Assembly (NCBI GenBank): GCA_038883775.1
Contig: JAVZLM010000006.1
Span: forward strand, 1-64,000
Direction of reading: 5' to 3'
DNA from: Candidatus Bathyarchaeia archaeon
GTDB taxonomy: Archaea; Thermoproteota; Bathyarchaeia; Bathyarchaeales; Bathycorpusculaceae
Length of the DNA: 64,000 nucleotides
The notes under the pieces were generated by a model. It searched no databases. It saw nothing but the letters and a program-made list of their open reading frames with translations, and had not been told where the DNA came from. The position numbers and the translations under genes were made by a program. Positions 57,260 through 64,000 of this stretch are shown here, piece after piece (positions within the stretch are counted from its first letter, which is position 1; the number at the start of each line of letters is the position of its first letter).

Positions 57260-58468
57260 TTAAGCCCAGAAGCTTTTTGAATATTCACCTAAAATAGTTT
57301 CGTAAGTGGCTTTTGTTTGCTGAGCTATTTTATTCCAATCATATTTTTCTTGAACTTTTTTGTAGGCATTCGCTTTTATCAAGTTTGCATAATTTTCGTC
57401 AAGTAACACTTTTGTTATTCCCCATGCCAGCGATTCTGGATTGTTTGCATAAACTTTAACTCCAGTAACATCATGCTCAACAATTTCAGATAGACCACCT
57501 GTGTCTGAAACCACTACGGGGCTTTTTGCTGCCATGGCTTCTAAGGCAACTATTCCGAAGGGTTCGAAGAGGGATGGCACAACAGAAACATCTGCGCACT
57601 TCTGTAGTTTTCTTAAGGTTTCATCATCTACAAAGCCTGTGAAGTGAACTTTGTGAGCTAGTCCCATGTTTTTGACGACGTTTGAAAGTTGTTCTTTCAT
57701 GTAGCCATTGCCGACTATTACAAATTTTGCGTTGACTTTTTCCAAAACTTTTGGGACAGCGCTAACAAGCACGTGGACTCCCTTTTCATAAACTAGCCTT
57801 CCAACGAAAAGAACAATTTTTTCTTCTGGTAAAGCGAATTTGCTTCTGAAATTGCTCAAATCTTCATGTTCTATTCTTGTGTATGCTTCTGCTTCTACGC
57901 CGTTTGGAATCATGACCAACTTGTCTGTGGGAAGCCCAAATGCCCATTTAACATGTGAAACCATGTAATCGCTGCAGCATATGACTCTCCATGCTTCGTA
58001 TGTAAGCCATGCTTCTGTTTCATGAATCATCCTTTCATAATCAAAATGGATTCCGTTTCGACGACCAATTTCCGTAGAGTGTATAGTCGTTAAAAGAGGT
58101 TTTCTAAAGACGTGTTTTAAGCCTACTCCAGCGTTTGCCACAAGCCAATCATGAGCGTGAAAAATGTCAACTTTTCCATGGACCCTATTAACAAGGGCTG
58201 CTGCTTCCTTTTGCATATTAACATTCATCAAATAAACCCATGTTGCAAAATCCGGCGAAGGATTCTTGTAAGAGTCAACTCTAAAAACTTCTACGCCGTC
58301 AATAACCTCGTGCTGTGGTGCCCCGGGAAAATCGCATGTAACCACATAAACTTTGACGCCATTTTTCGCCAAATTTTTTGATAAATAATAAACGTGGGGG
58401 GATATTCCGCCAATGATTCTTGGTGGGAACTCCCATGTAAGCATCATAACAGTTAATTCCTTACTCAT
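57260..58468 (-). CDS. Glycosyltransferase family 4 (glycogen/alpha-glucan synthase-like)
   Basis: WEFPPRIIGG, HAHDW, HSTE.GR, VGRLVYEKG, EPFGIVALEAMA. Confidence 0.9.
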   Translation of the reverse strand: MSKELTVMMLTWEFPPRIIGGISPHVYYLSKNLAKNGVKVYVVTCDFPGAPQHEVIDGVEVFRVDSYKNPSPDFATWVYLMNVNMQKEAAALVNRVHGKVDIFHAHDWLVANAGVGLKHVFRKPLLTTIHSTEIGRRNGIHFDYERMIHETEAWLTYEAWRVICCSDYMVSHVKWAFGLPTDKLVMIPNGVEAEAYTRIEHEDLSNFRSKFALPEEKIVLFVGRLVYEKGVHVLVSAVPKVLEKVNAKFVIVGNGYMKEQLSNVVKNMGLAHKVHFTGFVDDETLRKLQKCADVSVVPSLFEPFGIVALEAMAAKSPVVVSDTGGLSEIVEHDVTGVKVYANNPESLAWGITKVLLDENYANLIKANAYKKVQEKYDWNKIAQQTKATYETILGEYSKSFWA

Positions 58469-59091
58469 TTGTAAGCAGCTCCTCCTACAACATTTTTGTA
58501 TGTTTCTAAAATGTTCTTGAACCAGTTGGAGGATTTTGGCGGAATCACTCTTATTTTTTCTAACGGAACCTTATACAACCTATAAACTTCATCTCGCATC
58601 CATTGAGACTTAACAATAAGCTTTGCTGCTTCATACATTCCTAACCATTCAAGACTTTTAATAGCCATGTTGAAGGGTGAATTTGCTCCATGGGAACGGT
58701 GTTCTTCAAGGCTTTCAACTGAAAAAATAAAGGGCAAATTTAGCGCCTTTTTTAATGTGACTGCTGCTGGCGTGAAATGCCAATCATGCACATCTATCAA
58801 ATCCACTTGTTTTTGCGTGCTGTAATAAATGTTTGCAGTCGCTCTTTCAACTTCTTGGTTTAAGGTTAGAACCCATGTGAGAACGCCGATGTGAGTGCGC
58901 ACTGGATTTGTTACCCTGTGTATTGTAACGCCTTCTGGCTCCTCATATTCTCCAGTCAAATAATCATGGTAGGTGACGACGGTGGTTTTTACATTATTTT
59001 TTGTCAATTGCACTGCGACTTCTTTAACGTAGTTTGCGAGTTGCCCCACCACCCTCGGCGGATATTCCCATGAAAAAATTATAACATGCAT
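58465..59091 (-). CDS. Stand-alone GT4 N-terminal domain
   Basis: WEYPPRVVG and VHDW, paralogous to the neighbouring GT4; ends before the donor-binding domain; start placed at ATG 59091. Confidence 0.75.
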   Translation of the reverse strand: MHVIIFSWEYPPRVVGQLANYVKEVAVQLTKNNVKTTVVTYHDYLTGEYEEPEGVTIHRVTNPVRTHIGVLTWVLTLNQEVERATANIYYSTQKQVDLIDVHDWHFTPAAVTLKKALNLPFIFSVESLEEHRSHGANSPFNMAIKSLEWLGMYEAAKLIVKSQWMRDEVYRLYKVPLEKIRVIPPKSSNWFKNILETYKNVVGGAAYK

Positions 59092-59099
59092 TGTTTTCA

Positions 59100-59378
59100 C
59101 TACGTAAAAAGTGCACAAACTTTTATTATGCCTCTTCCTGTCAAATAGTAACGCCTTTTGCCTTCGTTATCAGCAAAACTTTCAACAAAACCTTCAAGCT
59201 TATAATTGTCTAAAGTTTTTTCCACATCATTTATGTTAATTTGAAGAATTTGTGCCACCTCTTCGCTTCTTCTGGCGAGGTCTGGAGCGGTGGCGCAAAG
59301 ATTATGCAATGTTTGCAGGATTTTTTCTGAGAGAGGCAATTCTTCCCGCATAGCCATTCCCTTAACTAATCTTAACAT
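59100..59378 (-). CDS. Small winged-helix protein
   Basis: EEVAQIL...L..EGFV...RYYLT.RG wHTH pattern. Confidence 0.65.
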   Translation of the reverse strand: MLRLVKGMAMREELPLSEKILQTLHNLCATAPDLARRSEEVAQILQININDVEKTLDNYKLEGFVESFADNEGKRRYYLTGRGIIKVCALFT

Positions 59379-59420
59379 ATTTTTTAGTAAGCGTTTCTTA
59401 TAAAAGGGTAGGCAAGTTAA

Positions 59421-60968
59421 TCAAAAGTATTTTGTAGCTGTTTGCACCTGCCTACTCATGTTGTCGTATCTTCCTTTTGCGATTCTTATTAGCGTCTTCC
59501 TTAGGTTTTCTCCTCTCAGTTTTTCAAGCCTCGTTTTCTTCAGTTGTTCTGCCAATTTTTTGTCGTGAAGCGATTTTTCGGCCCAACGCTCAAAATCTCC
59601 ACGGTTGCAATGGAATTCTAAGGATTGCGTGTTAACTTTTTGAAGCGCCTTTATGAAACCTTTCAGGCTCCACGCTATAATTCCTGTAAAGTATTCTTTA
59701 CCAACGCCAATGTAGAATAGGAACGGTTTATCCGCCGCAACTATTGCAAGGCGCACTCTATTTTCAAAGTCAAGTATTGCGGCTTGGGCGGTTACAAAGG
59801 CGTCCATTGGTGAGTTGAAGGGGCTGAAATAGGAGTGCACTTCTCCTGGGGTTCCTCCTGCAGTGAACATGTAATAAAGGTGATCGCTTGTTTGGAAATA
59901 TCTCCAAATTTTCATGAAGTCTTTATCTTCTGCTTCTTTCATAAGCGCTTCAAGTTTTCTCACGTTTGTGTAATACGCCCATTGCATGGTGTTTCCAAGC
60001 CAACAACTGGCATCCCTTTCCAAATCAGCCCAAGAAACTGTTCCGCCAAGTTCGGGAACATCAATTTCCCCCATAGGTTGATATTTTTCAACAACTTCCG
60101 AAGGCGTAGCCATATGCAGATGCCACCATTTCAAAATCTCACGAGGCAAATGCTTTAAGAAGTCATGTATGCCCGTTTCTGGCCAGTGGTGTTCACCAAA
60201 GGTTTCGTAATCTGGAAAAACGTTAATGCATTGGCCTGGGGTTGCTGCCAACCAGCTTGCGTATTTGTCTGCTGTTAGCGGCCATTCACTCCACCATCTT
60301 GCAGAGAATCTGAATCCTATGTCATCAGTTAGCTTGTAATTTCGTAGTAATATTTTGATTTTGGTGCATCCTTTAGGCATGTAAAGATAGTTTGGCGATT
60401 TTTCATGTAATATCCTCTCGGCGCCTTCCGTATAGATTCCCTTAAAACCCATTTTTTCTATGGTTCTCGCAACCGCGTTGTTATAAAGTAACTCAGTGTT
60501 TTCAAAAACTTTAGGTGTAAACCCGAGAAGGTCCCTTGTTATTCTTTGATGCATTTTCACCTGTTCCATGAATTCTTCTTTTTCTGGATAGAGGCTTGCC
60601 AGCGAATGATGATAAGTTTGACTTAAAAATTCCACACAGCCCGTTTCGGCGAGTTGTTTAAAGGATTCTAAAAGGTCTTTGTTAAACATTTCACACTGCT
60701 CCAAGAATATTCCAGAAAGGCTGAATGAAACTTTTACCTGCTTTTTCTCCCTTTTATGTTTATCAATTAGCTCAAGCAATATTTGGTTTGAGGGGAAATA
60801 GCATTTCTTACATGCCCTCTCAAAAACATCTCTATTTATTGAAGAATCAAAATAATAATCAAAGAGCTCTTTCTTTTTTAGGCGTTTAAAAATTTTGTTT
60901 TCCCAAAAGAAATCCCTCCTTAATCTATGAGGTTGATGAACTTCGAATATGAATACAACATCCGTCAA
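59421..60968 (-). CDS. GH57 alpha-amylase with C-terminal DUF5752-like domain
   Basis: FEVHQP, QTYHHSL, FENTEL, DYETFGEH, QTSDH.YYM; tail SLEFH..RGDFERW. Confidence 0.9.
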   Translation of the reverse strand: MTDVVFIFEVHQPHRLRRDFFWENKIFKRLKKKELFDYYFDSSINRDVFERACKKCYFPSNQILLELIDKHKREKKQVKVSFSLSGIFLEQCEMFNKDLLESFKQLAETGCVEFLSQTYHHSLASLYPEKEEFMEQVKMHQRITRDLLGFTPKVFENTELLYNNAVARTIEKMGFKGIYTEGAERILHEKSPNYLYMPKGCTKIKILLRNYKLTDDIGFRFSARWWSEWPLTADKYASWLAATPGQCINVFPDYETFGEHHWPETGIHDFLKHLPREILKWWHLHMATPSEVVEKYQPMGEIDVPELGGTVSWADLERDASCWLGNTMQWAYYTNVRKLEALMKEAEDKDFMKIWRYFQTSDHLYYMFTAGGTPGEVHSYFSPFNSPMDAFVTAQAAILDFENRVRLAIVAADKPFLFYIGVGKEYFTGIIAWSLKGFIKALQKVNTQSLEFHCNRGDFERWAEKSLHDKKLAEQLKKTRLEKLRGENLRKTLIRIAKGRYDNMSRQVQTATKYF

Positions 60969-61091
60969 TTTTTGGCCTCTTTTTCTTTATTATTCTTAGT
61001 GTTTATTTCTAATTTGCCATGATATAAGCAGTAGTTTAGACAGAGCTTATATTTTGATTTCAATTTAACATTCGAGGGCGGAACGTTTTAG

Positions 61092-61167
61092 CGGGCCCGC
61101 TGGGATTTGAACCCAGGATCTCCGGCTCCGCAGGCCAGCGTCCTAATCCGATCTAGACTACGGGCCC
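61092..61167 (-). tRNA. tRNA-Arg(GCG), no intron
   Basis: Reverse complement: GGGCCCG...CTGGC-CTGCGGA-GCCGG...CTGGG-TTCAAAT-CCCAG-CGGGCCC-G; TATA-like TTTTATTA at 61192-61199. Confidence 0.95.
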
Positions 61168-61205
61168 CCCATGAACAAAAATGGTTATTGTTAATAAAAG
61201 GGTTT

Positions 61206-62810
61206 TTAATTGTTTTTTAGGGTTCTTTCTAAAGCGTCAATAACGTTTTGTTTTCCCATGGTTAGAATGTATGGGCCTAATCTTGGTCCTTGGGGTACGC
61301 CTAAAAGGATTGTGTATAGGGTTTTGAAGAAGTTGGCTGGTTGGATGTTGTGTTTTTTGGCTGTGTTGAATATGGCGTTTTGGATTTTTTCGGCTTCATT
61401 TTCGGCTTCTAAGGTTTCAATTAATTCTTTTATTGCTTCTTTTTCTTCAAGTGTTAAGGTGACCGCTGTTTCTTTTATTTCTTCAAAATCTCTTATCCAG
61501 TTAAAGGCGTATTCGATTCGTTTTCGAAGGTTTTCATCCAAGGTTTGGTCTTTCCGTAAATAGTTGTAGCTTCTTAGTTTTTCAGTTATGAATTCTTCTT
61601 CCTTTTCTTTTGGCGCCATTTTAGCCAAGAACGTGAGAAGGTTGTATGGCACTTTGATGCTTGGTTTTGAAGGAGGCTTCAGCACCCAGCAATATTCGTA
61701 TAAGCCTCTAAGTTTTGCGAGTTCTCTTTCATCCCTCAACTTTTTAACTCCAAAGTATATGTCTTCCAAATAATCAAGCTCGTTCATGTAGGAGGGTATG
61801 TCTGTAACGTCTAAGGTGCGGGTTCCAACAAACCTTTTCAGCATCAACAAAAGCAGTGATTGGGGCGAACCATAACGGAACCAAACTTGAGGTGTGAAAA
61901 CGTTTCCCGTGGATTTTGAGATTTTTCTTCCACTTTTGTCTAGAAACATTTCATACATGGCGTGGGATGGTGGTTCGTAATTGAGTATTTCGCGGCAAAT
62001 TCTGTCGTTTATGCGAACAGAGTCGGCTATGTCTTTGCCATAAGCCTCAAATCTTATGTCAAGAGCTTTCCATCGTGCAGCAAACTCGCCTTTCCATGAA
62101 AGTTTGCCTTCACCCTTTTTCACGTTGGCTTCGCCTTTAAAGCCGCAGCCTTCAATCCATCTGCCTTTAATTTCCATGCCTTCACAAACATAGATAACCT
62201 TGTCTTCCTTTGGCAAGTATTCTAGGGCTTTGGTTGTGTATATGCGTCCGCAGTTTTCGCATAGCGGGAAATATGGTAGAACTTCCATGTAACGTTCTTG
62301 TCCCACCTCTTCTTTGACTATTTCTCCGACTCTTTTGGCGTTCAAAAGCAAAGTCTCAACTTCTTTATTCAATATTCCTTTTTCATAAGTTTCCTTGGCG
62401 GAAACGTAACGATATTCTATGGAACACTTATCCAAAGCCTCTAGCAATAGTGAACTCATGTGTTTACCATAGCTTTCATGACAGCCAAAGGGGTCAGGAA
62501 TTTCGGATACTGGAAAACCTAAATATTTTTCAAGAGATTTTGGCAAGCCAGCCGGAACTTTGCGCAATCCATCTTTGTCGTCGCAGAAAGCAATCAATTC
62601 TGAATTATAGTTTTGTTCCCTTAAAGCCAAAGTAACAGCATATGAGCGGGCAGCATCACCCAAGCTTCCAATATGCGGAAAACCTGAAGCACCCAAACCC
62701 ATTTCGGTTCTTATAAGGTCTAAGCTTCTGCCCAGCTTCCGCTCCCTTTCAATTATTTTTACTGCCATTTTATCGTACCATGTGCCTCTGCCAATAATCT
62801 CCTTACTCAT
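61206..62810 (-). CDS. lysS: Lysine--tRNA ligase, class I
   Basis: ASGFPHIG, DGLRKVP, GKLSWK, FEAYGKD, KISKS.GN, GPRLG; start placed at ATG 62810. Confidence 0.95.
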   Translation of the reverse strand: MSKEIIGRGTWYDKMAVKIIERERKLGRSLDLIRTEMGLGASGFPHIGSLGDAARSYAVTLALREQNYNSELIAFCDDKDGLRKVPAGLPKSLEKYLGFPVSEIPDPFGCHESYGKHMSSLLLEALDKCSIEYRYVSAKETYEKGILNKEVETLLLNAKRVGEIVKEEVGQERYMEVLPYFPLCENCGRIYTTKALEYLPKEDKVIYVCEGMEIKGRWIEGCGFKGEANVKKGEGKLSWKGEFAARWKALDIRFEAYGKDIADSVRINDRICREILNYEPPSHAMYEMFLDKSGRKISKSTGNVFTPQVWFRYGSPQSLLLLMLKRFVGTRTLDVTDIPSYMNELDYLEDIYFGVKKLRDERELAKLRGLYEYCWVLKPPSKPSIKVPYNLLTFLAKMAPKEKEEEFITEKLRSYNYLRKDQTLDENLRKRIEYAFNWIRDFEEIKETAVTLTLEEKEAIKELIETLEAENEAEKIQNAIFNTAKKHNIQPANFFKTLYTILLGVPQGPRLGPYILTMGKQNVIDALERTLKNN

Positions 62811-62899
62811 AACAGTCATACTCCTAATAGCATAATTAAAAAGCAAATAAAAATGTTACAGAAATAGGTTAGCAGAACCATAAAAATAGAGGGGGCTGG

Positions 62900-63928
62900 T
62901 TACTCAAGTTTTGTTCCACAGTTGGGACAGAACTTAACTCCAGCTTGTATTTCTGCGTTACACTTTGGACATTTGATTGTGGCTTGTAATGGCGTTCCAC
63001 AGTTGCCACAAAACTTCGTTCCAGCAGGGTTTGATGTGCCACATTTAGGACACGTGATGCCTACCGCCTGTAACGGTGCACCGCAGTTGCTGCAAAACTT
63101 TGCTGTTTGCGGATTTTGGAAATTGCATTTTGGACATAAAACCATAGGCGCTGCTGGTGCCGCTGCTGGCTGAAGCACTTGTGGAAGGATAACTGCTCCT
63201 GCTCCTACTGCTGCTCCTGGGCTCTTTGATAGGCTTTCAGCTGATTTTTGAACCGTTTCCATTCTTAGAACTTCTGTTGCGCCAACTCCAGTTTTGATGT
63301 AGAATAGTCTGTCTCTCCACTCTGGGGTTGTGTCGATTCCCTCAAACTTCACATCAATCAGTTCAAGTCCAATTCTTGAAAAGGCATCGAAGAGAACGTT
63401 TTTTGCAAGAAGGCTTGTTTCGTCAAGTTTGCCATACACGTCTGCCAGCGAATATTGGCTTAAGGTGTCGATGAGTCTCTCGTTAAAGTATCCCCTTAGA
63501 AAGTTTTGCAATCCATCAGTTGTGAAGGCCCCTTGTCCGCCAACAACTTCGTTGACGAAGAGGTTTGGTTCTTCAACTCTGAACCAGAAACCGCCAAAGA
63601 ATTTTAGCGGTGCAAGCTCTTTGGTTTGCCCTTGTGCTCCAAACTTTCCTTGGAACTGTTTCAAAGAGACAAAGACAATCGTCGCCCTAAAAGGAACTTT
63701 GTCAAATCCTGCAACTTTTGAAATTATTTTTGTTAGCAATGGCAGGTTTAATGTTGACAAGACGTGGCGTCCAGCTCTGAAAACGTCGTAGGCTTTTCCA
63801 TCTCTGAAGAAAACCGCAGCTTCGTATTCATGGACGATGAGATTGTCTCCCCAAGCAATTTCTTCTACGGGATATTTCCAAACGATGTCTCCTTCTCTTG
63901 CCCCAACCCACTCAATAACTTTTGGCAC
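62900..63928 (-). CDS. SPFH/band-7 domain protein with three C-terminal zinc ribbons (YdjI-like)
   Basis: LIVHEYEAAVFFRDG..G.H.L.T.N.P; CPKC...KFC.NCG three times; strong AGGAGGTGA RBS. Confidence 0.85.
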   Translation of the reverse strand: MPKVIEWVGAREGDIVWKYPVEEIAWGDNLIVHEYEAAVFFRDGKAYDVFRAGRHVLSTLNLPLLTKIISKVAGFDKVPFRATIVFVSLKQFQGKFGAQGQTKELAPLKFFGGFWFRVEEPNLFVNEVVGGQGAFTTDGLQNFLRGYFNERLIDTLSQYSLADVYGKLDETSLLAKNVLFDAFSRIGLELIDVKFEGIDTTPEWRDRLFYIKTGVGATEVLRMETVQKSAESLSKSPGAAVGAGAVILPQVLQPAAAPAAPMVLCPKCNFQNPQTAKFCSNCGAPLQAVGITCPKCGTSNPAGTKFCGNCGTPLQATIKCPKCNAEIQAGVKFCPNCGTKLE

Positions 63929-63945
63929 CCTAATTTCACCTCCTT

Positions 63946-64000
63946 TTAAATCACTCCTTTAGGAATCCAAGGTCTTTGTCCAGCGATGACGCTTCCATTA
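63946..64000 (-). CDS. 3' end of an unidentified upstream gene (...NGSVIAGQRPWIPKGVI*)
   Basis: Open frame to the window edge, stopping just before the RBS of the SPFH gene. Confidence 0.45.
   Translation of the reverse strand, partial: NGSVIAGQRPWIPKGVI

Noticed and set aside
1-64000. CRISPR arrays, transposases, integrases, rRNA, in-frame Sec/Pyl readthrough
   Set aside because: No spaced repeats, recombinase motifs, rRNA-like sequence or split ORFs suggesting readthrough were seen by manual reading.

Overview
Gene-dense archaeal chromosome segment with no recognisable mobile element, CRISPR array or rRNA. Marker genes (tfe, Trm56, MBF1, NAC, class I LysRS, archaeal ThrRS, two tungsten AOR-family enzymes, EndoQ, a BHB-intron tRNA, frequent TTG starts) point to a TACK archaeon, most plausibly Bathyarchaeia (inference). 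In order, the window holds: (1) the SufS 3' end, a small single-Cys protein, a CbbQ/NorQ-type AAA+/VWA pair, orphan helical proteins and a TrmB regulator; (2) a ~14 kb surface-glycan locus (flippase, Agl24-like GT, GT4s, WecB, amidotransferase, short sugar dehydrogenase, acetyltransferase, epimerase, DUF354, HAD, ATP-grasp) ending at tRNA-Val(TAC); (3) the conserved tfe/trm56/hflX/mbf1/PUA/NAC block; (4) amino-acid catabolism and aminoacyl-tRNA synthetase genes with a five-domain pilin-like surface protein; (5) MATE, EndoQ, TldD/PmbA; (6) a GH57/GT4 alpha-glucan operon, tRNA-Arg(GCG), lysS and an SPFH-zinc-ribbon gene. The most unusual observations are strand-fixed A+C versus G+T composition patches that ignore gene orientation, the multi-domain pilin-like protein, an hflX lacking a canonical start codon, a candidate SufS sulfur acceptor and an AAA+/VWA chaperone with no known client. 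All family calls come from motif recognition; no database searches were run.
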